From IMG/VR virus record IMGVR_UViG_3300027759_000002, positions 96,001-160,000 of that record: a stretch of DNA of 64,000 bases; one strand, written 5' to 3'. The translations under genes and the position numbers were made by a program. How positions within the stretch are numbered: position 1 is the first letter of the stretch; each line of letters opens with the position of its first letter. Under the pieces are notes generated by a model that was given only the letters and a program-made list of their open reading frames with translations, was not told where the DNA came from and made no database searches. The stretch is from a virus. Positions 25,567 through 33,639 of this stretch are shown in pieces.

Positions 25567-25923
25567 ATGAATATAAACGATATGGTTGGAAAAGTATTCA
25601 CATCGGTAACACAAGATGGTTATGAGATGGTATTTGCGAATGAAACTGAAAAATTCAGATTCTTCCATTATCAAGATTGTTGCGAAACAGTTTACATTGA
25701 AAGCATTGTAGGTGAGTTATCGGATTTAGAAGGCGAAACACTTTTGATTGCTGAAGAAGTATCAGGTGAAATACCAGAACCTAAAGAAGATGAATACATT
25801 GAATCTCGCTCATGGACATTTTACAAATTTGCTACACGCAAAGGTTATGTTGATGTTCGTTGGTTGGGAGAATCAAACGGTTACTATTCCGAATCAGTAG
25901 ATTTAGAATACGAGTTAGTATAA
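25567..25923 (+). CDS. hypothetical phage protein
   Basis: QDCCETVYIE...WTFYKFATRKGYVDVRWLGESNGYYSE; AAGGA RBS. Confidence 0.75.
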   Translation: MNINDMVGKVFTSVTQDGYEMVFANETEKFRFFHYQDCCETVYIESIVGELSDLEGETLLIAEEVSGEIPEPKEDEYIESRSWTFYKFATRKGYVDVRWLGESNGYYSESVDLEYELV

Positions 25924-25930
25924 AGAATAT

Positions 25931-26005
25931 TCCAGAGTAGCACAGCGGTAGTGCAGTTGACTGTTAATCAATTGGTCGTAGGTTCGATCCCTGCCTCTGG
26001 AGCCA
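25931..26005 (+). tRNA. tRNA-Asn(GUU)
   Basis: Loop CTGTTAA, CCA. Confidence 0.9.
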
Positions 26006-26011
26006 ATACGT

Positions 26012-26212
26012 TCCGCTTGGTTAGCGGATACTGTGACCCGCAGGATAAGAAGTGAGGTGACTCTCAAGGGTGGTAGTCTTTTTACCGAAAGGCCGCTGGC
26101 AATGCGTTAACGATCCTGGTCGGGAAGCGGGTGGAGGTTATGGGTGTATTCCCCTTGAAAAAGGACATGTTTACAACTATGATATAATTACCGCCGCAGG
26201 ATGCAGAGCACT
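26012..26212 (+). ncRNA. candidate structured RNA, about 200 nt
   Basis: GC-rich, no ORF; stems TCCGCT/AGCGGA, CCCGCAGGAT/ATCCTG..CGGG, GCGG/CCGC. Confidence 0.45.
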
Positions 26213-26219
26213 TAATTTC

Positions 26220-26293
26220 GCCCTATTAGTATAATGGCATTACACCTGTTTTGTAATCAGGTTACGGCAGTTCGATTCTGTCATGGGGCACCA
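26220..26293 (+). tRNA. tRNA-Thr(UGU)
   Basis: Loop TTTGTAA, CCA. Confidence 0.88.
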
Positions 26294-26299
26294 GTTTTT

Positions 26300-26375
26300 C
26301 TCTCTGAAGCGTTATCAGGTTGCGTACACGGTTTGGGGCCGTGTGGTCAAGGTTCGAATCCTTGCAGGGAGACCA
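26300..26375 (+). tRNA. tRNA-Pro(UGG)
   Basis: Loop TTTGGGG, CCA. Confidence 0.88.
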
Positions 26376-26383
26376 GTTTTTTT

Positions 26384-26458
26384 GGGGGCAGCAGTGGGCT
26401 GCGGCGTTCCCTTGCAAGGATCGTGACTAGAAGGATTCGATTTCCTCGGCCTCCACCA
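26384..26458 (+). tRNA. tRNA-Ala(UGC), atypical D arm
   Basis: G3:U70 pair, loop CTTGCAA, 4-nt D-loop, CCA. Confidence 0.72.
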
Positions 26459-26462
26459 ATTA

Positions 26463-26537
26463 GGTTCAGTAGCATAGTGGCAGTGCAGCATCTTCATACG
26501 GTGCGTTGTGTGAGTTCGATTCTCACCTGAACCACCA
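26463..26537 (+). tRNA. tRNA-CAU (Met or Ile2)
   Basis: Loop TTCATAC, CCA. Confidence 0.85.
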
Positions 26538-26543
26538 AATTAT

Positions 26544-26618
26544 GGGCGATTAGTAAAATGAATATTACACAAGGCTACGAACCTTGAAGTGGGAGTTTGA
26601 TTCTCTCATCGCCCTCCA
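26544..26618 (+). tRNA. tRNA-Arg(ACG)
   Basis: Loop CTACGAA, CCA. Confidence 0.87.
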
Positions 26619-26622
26619 AAAT

Positions 26623-26697
26623 GCCGAGGTAGCTCAGTGGTAGAGCAGCGTCTTGATAAGGCGTTGGCCAAGAGTTCAATTCTCTTTCTCGGTACCA
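26623..26697 (+). tRNA. tRNA-Ile(GAU)
   Basis: Loop TTGATAA, CCA. Confidence 0.9.
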
Positions 26698-26700
26698 AAT

Positions 26701-26774
26701 TTCTCGCTGGTGTAATGGCAGCATAGCGGTCTCCAAAACCGTTGGTTGGGGTTCGAGTCCCTAGCGGGATGCCA
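26701..26774 (+). tRNA. tRNA-Trp(CCA)
   Basis: Loop CTCCAAA, G73, CCA. Confidence 0.87.
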
Positions 26775-26795
26775 ATTTTAAAAAAGGTGATTAAT

Positions 26796-27281
26796 ATGAA
26801 AAATTTCAATATAGAAGAAGTCAGACAATACCTTGCAAATCAAGGTCCTGATACCAAGGTTTATCTTGGTGCCGACTCTGAAAGAATCAGGGTAAATGGT
26901 GTTTGGTATGCTGACTATGCTCTAGCAGTTGTAGTTCATATTGATGGCCGACATGGTTGTAAGATTTTCGGATATGTTCACCGTGAATTGGATTACGACC
27001 ATAAGAAAAGTAAACCTGCTATGAGGTTGATGACTGAAGTTTATAAAGTTTCAGAATTGTTCCAATCATTAGCAGAAGTGTTGGAAGATTATCATGTTGA
27101 AGTTCATCTTGATTTAAATAAAGATGATATTCATGGTAGTTCATGTGTTGTTCAGCAAGCGATTGGTTATATCAAAGGTACATGTAATATGACACCAATG
27201 GTTAAACCAGATGCACCTGCTGCAAGTTTTTGTGCTGATAGATTGAAAAGAATCTTGGCAGACCAAGAAGCACTTCAATAA
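26796..27281 (+). CDS. RNase H-like YkuK/DUF458 family protein
   Basis: VYLGADS, RLMTEV, VEVHLDLN, AIGYIKG, KPDAPAAS..AD. Confidence 0.75.
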   Translation: MKNFNIEEVRQYLANQGPDTKVYLGADSERIRVNGVWYADYALAVVVHIDGRHGCKIFGYVHRELDYDHKKSKPAMRLMTEVYKVSELFQSLAEVLEDYHVEVHLDLNKDDIHGSSCVVQQAIGYIKGTCNMTPMVKPDAPAASFCADRLKRILADQEALQ

Positions 27282-27284
27282 TAT

Positions 27285-27359
27285 GGAGAAATTAGTTTAG
27301 TGGTAAAACCACGGGTTGTGATTCCGTTATCACCAGTTCGATCCTGGTATTTCTCCCCA
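27285..27359 (+). tRNA. tRNA-His(GUG)
   Basis: G-1:C73 pair, loop TTGTGAT. Confidence 0.9.
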
Positions 27360-27364
27360 AATAT

Positions 27365-27439
27365 GCCCCGTTAGCTCAGTGGTAGAGCAGTGCTTTTACA
27401 CGGCGAAGGTCGGCAGTTCGAAACTGTCACGGGGTACCA
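27365..27439 (+). tRNA. tRNA-Val(UAC)
   Basis: Loop TTTACAC, CCA. Confidence 0.87.
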
Positions 27440-27443
27440 ACAT

Positions 27444-27519
27444 GCTGCTTTAGCTGATGTGGTCATAGCGGTGGTCTGAAGAACCATTGAAAGAGGTTCG
27501 ATTCCTCTAGGCAGCACCA
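27444..27519 (+). tRNA. tRNA-Phe(GAA)
   Basis: Loop CTGAAGA, CCA. Confidence 0.9.
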
Positions 27520-27524
27520 AATAT

Positions 27525-27601
27525 GCCCAAGTGACGGAATAGGTATACGTACTTGATTCAAAATCAAGGTTATGTGGGCTCGAATCCCACCTTGGGTACC
27601 A
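27525..27601 (+). tRNA. tRNA-Leu(CAA), short variable loop
   Basis: Loop TTCAAAA; variable region only GTTAT. Confidence 0.85.
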
Positions 27602-27602
27602 T

Positions 27603-27676
27603 GCTCTTATAGGTAAATGGCATACCACATCCATGGTAAGGATGTATCCTAAGTTCGATTCTTAGTAGGAGCACCA
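27603..27676 (+). tRNA. tRNA-Thr(GGU)
   Basis: Loop ATGGTAA, CCA. Confidence 0.85.
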
Positions 27677-27873
27677 ACTTGTTTTAATGTTGTTAAGATA
27701 AATTCTTTTTCTTGTGTGATATATAATTCATCATCTTCAAAAGTTTTTATCTTAGTATCATATGATGGAACAAATTCAGAATCAACACAGTAGTAACCAT
27801 TAGGTTCATATGTTTGTTGTGCATACAATCCGTAAAACATTTCTACTGTAGGTCTTTTTGAAGTTGGTATCAT
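27649..27873 (-). CDS. small antisense ORF (74 aa) inside the tRNA array
   Basis: MIPTSKRPTVEMFYG...; ATAAATA late-promoter motif at 27885-27879 just upstream. Confidence 0.45.
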   Translation of the reverse strand: MIPTSKRPTVEMFYGLYAQQTYEPNGYYCVDSEFVPSYDTKIKTFEDDELYITQEKEFILTTLKQVGAPTKNRT

Positions 27874-27886
27874 ATGAGTATTTATT

Positions 27887-27963
27887 GCCCCGGTGACGGA
27901 ATTGGTATACGTGTTGGTCTTAGAAGCCAAATTTTGAGAGTTCGAGTCTCTCCTGGGGCACCA
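27887..27963 (+). tRNA. tRNA-Leu(UAG), short variable loop
   Basis: Loop CTTAGAA; variable region only ATTTT. Confidence 0.85.
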
Positions 27964-27968
27964 AATTT

Positions 27969-28043
27969 CTGGCGTTAGTATAATGGATAATACAGTAGGC
28001 TTCTACCCTTCTAATGGGAGTTCGATTCTCTCACGCCGGACCA
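27969..28043 (+). tRNA. tRNA-Arg(UCU)
   Basis: Loop CTTCTAC, CCA. Confidence 0.85.
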
Positions 28044-28060
28044 TTTTTTAGGAGTTTATT

Positions 28061-28639
28061 ATGCCAGCAGTATTTTTAGTAAGTGACACACACTTTGGTC
28101 ACGCTGGTGTGTGTAGATTTCTTCGTGATGACGGAACAAAACTTCGGCCATGGGATAATCCCGATGAAATGGATGAAGAAATGATTAAGCGTTGGAACGA
28201 AACAGTCAGACCAAACGATAAAGTTTACCATCTTGGTGATGTTGTTATTAATCGTAAAGCAATGAATACTCTATATAGACTTAACGGTGATAAGGTTCTT
28301 ATTCGTGGTAACCATGATATCTTCCGTGATGAGGAATACAGACAACACTTTCGTGAACTACGTGCTTATCATGTAATGAATGGAATGATCCTGTCACATA
28401 TTCCAATTCATACGGAAAGTCTTGGTCGTTTCGGTGTAAACATCCATGGCCATTTACATTCCAATCGTGTTCAGATTCGTGGGTTCAATGGTAAACCAAT
28501 GGGTATTGATAACAGATACCATTGTGTTTGTGTTGAACAAACAGATTTTAGACCGATTCTTTTTGAAGATGTTATCAAACGAATTAAAGAAGAAGGTGGT
28601 GAGGTCGGTTTCAAAAGTGGAAACGACCGTGCTATGTGA
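28061..28639 (+). CDS. calcineurin-like metallophosphoesterase
   Basis: SDTHFGH, LGD, GNHD, HGHLH motifs. Confidence 0.88.
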   Translation: MPAVFLVSDTHFGHAGVCRFLRDDGTKLRPWDNPDEMDEEMIKRWNETVRPNDKVYHLGDVVINRKAMNTLYRLNGDKVLIRGNHDIFRDEEYRQHFRELRAYHVMNGMILSHIPIHTESLGRFGVNIHGHLHSNRVQIRGFNGKPMGIDNRYHCVCVEQTDFRPILFEDVIKRIKEEGGEVGFKSGNDRAM

Positions 28640-28640
28640 T

Positions 28641-28723
28641 GCGAGTATGGGGGAATTGGTAGACCCATCAGACTTAAAATCTGCCGCCTCGGCGTACCGG
28701 TTCGACTCCGGTTACTCGTACCA
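28641..28723 (+). tRNA. tRNA-Leu(UAA)
   Basis: Loop CTTAAAA, variable stem-loop, CCA. Confidence 0.9.
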
Positions 28724-28733
28724 AAAATAATGC

Positions 28734-28762
28734 TTGACTTCTTAATAAGAAGCCTATATAAT
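28734..28762 (+). promoter_or_regulatory. sigma70-type promoter
   Basis: TTGACT-17-TATAAT upstream of the Gly tRNAs and groES. Confidence 0.8.
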
Positions 28763-28773
28763 ACACACATGAT

Positions 28774-28848
28774 GCGGGTATGGTGCTAGTGGTAACACAA
28801 GACCTTGCCAAGGTTTAGTTGTGAGTTCGATTCTCACTACCCGCTCCA
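28774..28848 (+). tRNA. tRNA-Gly(GCC)
   Basis: Loop TTGCCAA, U73, CCA. Confidence 0.9.
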
Positions 28849-28870
28849 AGTTAACTACAACAGATTTTAT

Positions 28871-28944
28871 GCGGGATTAGTTTAGTGGTAAAACAGTAGA
28901 TTTCCAATCTCCGGTTGAGAGTTCGATTCTCTCATCCCGCTCCA
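28871..28944 (+). tRNA. tRNA-Gly(UCC)
   Basis: Loop TTTCCAA, U73, CCA. Confidence 0.9.
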
Positions 28945-28950
28945 TTTAAT

Positions 28951-29017
28951 GCGGTTTGTAATAGTACGATACAAGGTACCCCCTTGTGTTAACTGAGCAA
29001 AGCAGTAGACCGCTCCA
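28951..29017 (+). ncRNA. 67-nt tRNA-Gly-like mimic or pseudo-tRNA
   Basis: Acceptor GCGGTTT/AGACCGC, U73, CCA; miniature D arm; ACAAG/CTTGT stem with loop GTACCCC; T-like arm ACTG-AGCAAAG-CAGT. Confidence 0.55.
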
Positions 29018-29030
29018 TTTTGAGGACACT

Positions 29031-29276
29031 ATGAATATTAAACCCTTGCATGATAAAGTATTGATTGAACGTATTGAGAATGTCAAAGAGACCGCTTCAG
29101 GCATCATCCTAAAACATTCCGAAGATCCAGATAAAGCAAGAGTACTTGCAGTTGGTCCGGATGTTACAGAAGTCCAGGTCGGTGATGTGGTTCAACCAGA
29201 CTGGGGTAAGGCCGCAGCAGTGCAAGATTATTTCGTGGTGAAGATTGAAGACATAGCTTACATCTACGGAGAGTAA
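29031..29276 (+). CDS. groES: co-chaperonin GroES-like
   Basis: IKPLHDKVLIER...TASGIIL...VLAVGP...VQVGDVV; GAGG RBS. Confidence 0.9.
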   Translation: MNIKPLHDKVLIERIENVKETASGIILKHSEDPDKARVLAVGPDVTEVQVGDVVQPDWGKAAAVQDYFVVKIEDIAYIYGE

Positions 29277-29278
29277 AC

Positions 29279-29506
29279 ATGTCTGATGGTGGTAAAGGTT
29301 CTAGTCCAAGGCCGTTTAGTGTTTCACAGAAAACATTTGGTAATAACTACGACAATATTTTTAGAAAAAAATCACCAAAAGAAATACAAGAAGACAAATA
29401 CGAACAAGAAGAATTTGATAGAATTTTAGAAGAAAATCGTATGCGCCAAAAGGCTTTAGATGCCATGGTGGCAGAAAATCAAAGATTAGGTTTATACGAC
29501 AACTAA
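29279..29506 (+). CDS. hypothetical protein
   Basis: MSDGGKGSSPRP start, GGAG RBS. Confidence 0.65.
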   Translation: MSDGGKGSSPRPFSVSQKTFGNNYDNIFRKKSPKEIQEDKYEQEEFDRILEENRMRQKALDAMVAENQRLGLYDN

Positions 29507-29509
29507 TAT

Positions 29510-29582
29510 AGCGGGTTGGTGAAATGGTATCACAGTGGGCTCATAATCCTCAGTTCCGGTTCGACTCCGTGACCCGCAACCA
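29510..29582 (+). tRNA. initiator-like tRNA-fMet(CAU)
   Basis: 1:72 mismatch, GGG in the anticodon stem, loop CTCATAA. Confidence 0.8.
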
Positions 29583-29596
29583 TTAATCTTTATACA

Positions 29597-29884
29597 TCAC
29601 GGCGATTCAATTTTATCTTTGCAAGAACGTGAATTGTTTACTGAAGTTGTATGTATCAATGTAGAACCATTTCGTTTTACATTTGAACATTTATATTCAC
29701 AGACTTGTAAATCTTTCGGTCCACTTTTTTCAGTAAAACTTCTTGTCAATTTACAATAATCATTATTGTTAGTCGCTTTGGTGTATATGACAGCATCCGG
29801 CATCAAGTTTATATTGATGGTTGGATGAGTGACCATCAGTGTTACACTTGTGGTCAACAACGTAAATAAGAGTTTTTTATTCAT
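29597..29884 (-). CDS. hypothetical exported Cys-containing protein
   Basis: Hydrophobic N-terminus, 4 Cys; overlaps the stop of the upstream minus-strand gene. Confidence 0.55.
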   Translation of the reverse strand: MNKKLLFTLLTTSVTLMVTHPTININLMPDAVIYTKATNNNDYCKLTRSFTEKSGPKDLQVCEYKCSNVKRNGSTLIHTTSVNNSRSCKDKIESP

Positions 29885-30657
29885 CTTCCTACGTAAACTT
29901 TAGGCATTGATTCTTCCCTTCTTTTTTCTTCTGATTTAGGAAATAACCCATCACCATATTGTGGATATTTCTGTTGTCTATCATATGCTACCCACATAAA
30001 CACACCAGCCATAACAAAAATTATAATCACAATAGCAACGCCTGTAGCAAATTCATCTCTGAGTTTTCTCATTCGTGCTAAACGGCGTTTATCTAATATC
30101 GCTTGTTGTTGCATTTGTTTGATAAGAAGAACCTTTTGTTCTTTACCCATCTCTTTCATCATTTCTTCGACTTCGGTATATAAAGCACCGAGCTCTGGAG
30201 GACTTTGATAAATCATCAACTCACGTAAATCAACTGACATTTGTTCAAGTTGTTTACGCATGAGTACACGTTGTAAGGCACGTTTACCTAATGATGCATC
30301 TCCGGTATAAACTTGTGTCTTAGCAATTTTTTCTTCTTCTTCAAAAACAGCCATACATTTATAAAAGTTATCATAGTATGTGCCTAGGTGTTCACCAATC
30401 TCTTGGTAGATGTTGGTAGTTTCTCCACCCTTTTTGTTTAGTTCAATTACACGATTTTTTTCCGTAATGAAGGCATTTCTTTGTGCTACACTTGCAGGTT
30501 TTTCTGGTGGATGGAGCTTTTTGAACTGGTCGTCAAGATCCTTGAGGACGTCCTTGACTTCCCCAGCTGCACCTTTAATATCTTTGTATAGTTTACATCC
30601 GGCTTTGACTGCCGAAACCGCACCATTTGCGAGGGCAAAGAGTGTGAATGGATCCAT
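29881..30657 (-). CDS. membrane-anchored helical protein
   Basis: 258 aa, amphipathic MDPFTLFALA N-terminus, coiled coil, one C-terminal TM helix. Confidence 0.75.
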   Translation of the reverse strand: MDPFTLFALANGAVSAVKAGCKLYKDIKGAAGEVKDVLKDLDDQFKKLHPPEKPASVAQRNAFITEKNRVIELNKKGGETTNIYQEIGEHLGTYYDNFYKCMAVFEEEEKIAKTQVYTGDASLGKRALQRVLMRKQLEQMSVDLRELMIYQSPPELGALYTEVEEMMKEMGKEQKVLLIKQMQQQAILDKRRLARMRKLRDEFATGVAIVIIIFVMAGVFMWVAYDRQQKYPQYGDGLFPKSEEKRREESMPKVYVGR

Positions 30658-30681
30658 TTCTTTTTATACCATTTTTTTTAC

Positions 30682-30710
30682 TTGACATTATAACAAAAAA
30701 ATGATATAAT
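30682..30710 (+). promoter_or_regulatory. sigma70-type promoter for the gp43 operon
   Basis: TTGACA-17-TATAAT with TG extension. Confidence 0.85.
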
Positions 30711-30754
30711 CTACGTTCAGGTCACACTATATAATTATTTAGGATAGGATTAAC

Positions 30755-31084
30755 ATGAAAATATATGCAATGAAATTAGTAACTGGTGAAGAACTTATTG
30801 GTGAAGTTGAAACGGAGAATGAAAATATTTTCATTAATGAAAATGAAATGGTGATTAAGAATCCATTAGGAATTGCCATTGTACGTGGTAAAGATGGTCA
30901 ACCTAACGTAGGTTTTGCGCCATTTCCAATCCATGCAGAACAAAAATCAGACTCTACTATTGCCTTAAAACGTGAACATATTGTATACTACTACGTTCCA
31001 GCAGAAGATTTTGTCAAAAACTATGACCAAATTTTCGGCACAGGCATTATTCTTCCAGGTCAACAACAAATCATTACAGGTTAA
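30755..31084 (+). CDS. hypothetical protein
   Basis: MKLVTGEELIGEV...IKNP pattern typical of small Sm-like proteins of T4-like phages. Confidence 0.7.
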   Translation: MKIYAMKLVTGEELIGEVETENENIFINENEMVIKNPLGIAIVRGKDGQPNVGFAPFPIHAEQKSDSTIALKREHIVYYYVPAEDFVKNYDQIFGTGIILPGQQQIITG

Positions 31085-33639
31085 TGACAACTTTTTATAC
31101 AAACGTACAGGCACTTGGCGGCCAGATTCTTTATCGTGGCGTCAAAGATGGTAAAAGAATCAAACTGAAGATTGATTATGAACCACAATTGTATCTTCCA
31201 GCCCGTAACGGTAAAGGTACCCATAAATCACTTGATGGCCTAGACCTTGTGCCAAAACGATTTGATGGCATTCGTGAAGCCAGAGAATATGTGAAACAAT
31301 ATGATGGTCTTCCAGGTGCTCCAAAAATCTATGGTAACACAGGATATCAATACGCTTTCATTGCAGAACAACATTCTGAAATGGTTGATTGGGAACAAGA
31401 TAAAGTAAGTGTTGCAATTATCGACATTGAGGTCGGTTCGGAAAATGGTTTTCCTGATCCATACCTTGCAAACGAACCTATCACCGCAATTGCAACGACC
31501 TTTCTGAATGGTCACACTTATGTGTTTGGTTGTGGTGATTTTCGTAATGATGATCCCGACAATATAACCTATCTGAAGTGTAAAGATGAATACACTCTTT
31601 GCAGTAAATTCATTGAGTTTTGGTCCAGAATGTATCCAGATGTTATCACTGGCTGGAACACCAAGTTCTTTGATATACCATATCTTGTCAATCGTTTTCG
31701 TAAGATTCTTGGTGAAGATAAAGCTAAGATGTTATCTCCATGGAATTATATCAGTGAACGTAAAACAAATATCAATGGTCGTTTGTTGATAGCATACAGT
31801 TTTGTTGGTATCGAATCACTTGATTATATTGAGTTATACAAATGGTATGCGCCAGGTGGTAAGTCACAAGAATCCTATCGACTAGATAATATCGCACAAG
31901 TGGAACTTGGTGAAGGCAAGATTTCATATGATGAATATGAGAACTTACACCAACTGTATAGACTGAACTATCAAAAGTTTATCGAATACAACATTAAAGA
32001 CGTTGCATTGATTATTAAACTAGAAGACAAGTTGAAGTTGATTGAGTTGGCCTTAACTCTTGCGTATGATACCAAGTGTAACTATGAAGATGTATTTGCA
32101 CAGACACGTATGTGGGATTCACTGACGTATTCATATTTGTTAGGCAAAGGCATCATTGTTCCACCAAAAGAAACACAAGAGAAAGATTCTGCGTTTGAAG
32201 GTGCATATGTTAAAGAACCACAAATTGGATTACACAATTGGGTTGCATCGTTTGACTTGAACAGTTTGTATCCACACTTGATGATGCAGTACAACATTTC
32301 ACCTGAAACGTTAATTGAACCAGAAAACTATACTGATGAAATGCGTGGTGTTCTTTCACAAGGTGTTACTGTTGATAAAATGTTAATGAAACAAATTGAC
32401 ACTTCGGAACTGGTTGATGTTACAATCACGCCAAACGGTCAATTCTTCCGTACCGACATTCAAGGTTTCTTACCTAAGATGATGGTCGAAATGTATGATG
32501 ACCGCAAGAAATTTAAAAAGATGATGTTGCAAGCGCAACAGGAGTATGAGAATGAAAAAGATGAACGAAAAAAATATGAAATCGACAAACGAGTTGCCAG
32601 ATACAACAACCTCCAGCTCGCAAAGAAAGTATCCCTTAACTCTGCCTACGGTGCTTTGGGAAGTCAGTATTTTAGGTTTTATGACCTACGCATGGCTTTG
32701 GGAGTCACTACGGCAGGCCAGCTTTCCATCAAATGGATTGAAGCGAAAATAAACCAATACATGAATAAACTTCTTGGTACAGATAACGATTATGTAATCG
32801 CTTCTGATACTGATTCTATTTACCTGCGCCTCGGTGATTTGGTAAATAAAGTTTATGGTGTTGATGGTGTGGTTAAAATGCCTGCACAAAAGATTATTGA
32901 ATTTATGGATCGTGTTTGTGAAGATAAACTACAACCACATATTGATAAATCTTACCAAGAGTTGGCTGATTATGTTCATGCATATGCACAAAAGATGCAG
33001 ATGAAGCGTGAGGGTCTTTGTGACAAAGGTGTATGGACTGCCAAGAAACGTTATATTCTAAATGTATATAACAATGAAGGTGTACAGTATGCTGAACCAC
33101 ACATGAAAGTGATGGGTTTGGAAATGATTAAATCATCCACACCATCTGCTATTCGTGAGAAGATGAAGGCTGCCATTAAGTTGATGATGACTGGCACTGA
33201 ACAACAAGTACAAGACTTTATTGCCGAGTTTAAGAAAGAGTTTAAAACATTACCAGCGGAAGAAATATCTTTTCCTCGGGGTTTGAATGGGCTAAATACT
33301 TATTCCGATCCAGTAATGTTGTTCAAAAAAGGCACACCCATTCATGTTCGTGGTGCAATCGTATATAACCACCATCTAAAACAATTGGGATTGACTAAGA
33401 AGTACCCACTCATACAAGAAGGTGAAAAACTCAAATTTACCTATTTGAGAATGCCAAATCATTTTAAGAATGATGTGATTTCTTTTCCAGGTAGAATACC
33501 TAAAGAGTTTGAGCTTGACAACTACATTGATTATGATGTACAATTCGACAAAGCATTTCTGGAACCAATCAGTGTCATTTTAAAATGCATGAAGTGGTCT
33601 GCGGAAAAAACTAACTCTTTAGAGGACTTTTTCGGATGA
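31084..33639 (+). CDS. 43: family B DNA polymerase
   Basis: DIE exonuclease motif, SFDLNSLYP, KVSLNSAYG, SDTDS, KKRY. Confidence 0.98.
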   Translation: MTTFYTNVQALGGQILYRGVKDGKRIKLKIDYEPQLYLPARNGKGTHKSLDGLDLVPKRFDGIREAREYVKQYDGLPGAPKIYGNTGYQYAFIAEQHSEMVDWEQDKVSVAIIDIEVGSENGFPDPYLANEPITAIATTFLNGHTYVFGCGDFRNDDPDNITYLKCKDEYTLCSKFIEFWSRMYPDVITGWNTKFFDIPYLVNRFRKILGEDKAKMLSPWNYISERKTNINGRLLIAYSFVGIESLDYIELYKWYAPGGKSQESYRLDNIAQVELGEGKISYDEYENLHQLYRLNYQKFIEYNIKDVALIIKLEDKLKLIELALTLAYDTKCNYEDVFAQTRMWDSLTYSYLLGKGIIVPPKETQEKDSAFEGAYVKEPQIGLHNWVASFDLNSLYPHLMMQYNISPETLIEPENYTDEMRGVLSQGVTVDKMLMKQIDTSELVDVTITPNGQFFRTDIQGFLPKMMVEMYDDRKKFKKMMLQAQQEYENEKDERKKYEIDKRVARYNNLQLAKKVSLNSAYGALGSQYFRFYDLRMALGVTTAGQLSIKWIEAKINQYMNKLLGTDNDYVIASDTDSIYLRLGDLVNKVYGVDGVVKMPAQKIIEFMDRVCEDKLQPHIDKSYQELADYVHAYAQKMQMKREGLCDKGVWTAKKRYILNVYNNEGVQYAEPHMKVMGLEMIKSSTPSAIREKMKAAIKLMMTGTEQQVQDFIAEFKKEFKTLPAEEISFPRGLNGLNTYSDPVMLFKKGTPIHVRGAIVYNHHLKQLGLTKKYPLIQEGEKLKFTYLRMPNHFKNDVISFPGRIPKEFELDNYIDYDVQFDKAFLEPISVILKCMKWSAEKTNSLEDFFG

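Noticed and set aside
24908-26212. Hammerhead or HDV-like ribozymes in the tRNA spacers
   Set aside because: I could not find a CUGANGA/GAAA core or a convincing nested double pseudoknot by eye; left as unassigned structured RNAs pending a covariance search.
26384-26458. tmRNA ends (GGGGGC...TCCACCA)
   Set aside because: The 75 nt between the ends form a complete Ala cloverleaf, with no room for a tag ORF or pseudoknots.
24442-28770. Track ORFs overlapping tRNAs (24442, 24450, 25084, 26234, 26315, 26606, 27371, 28471)
   Set aside because: Chance frames across GC-rich tRNA genes, with no RBS and no protein-like composition.
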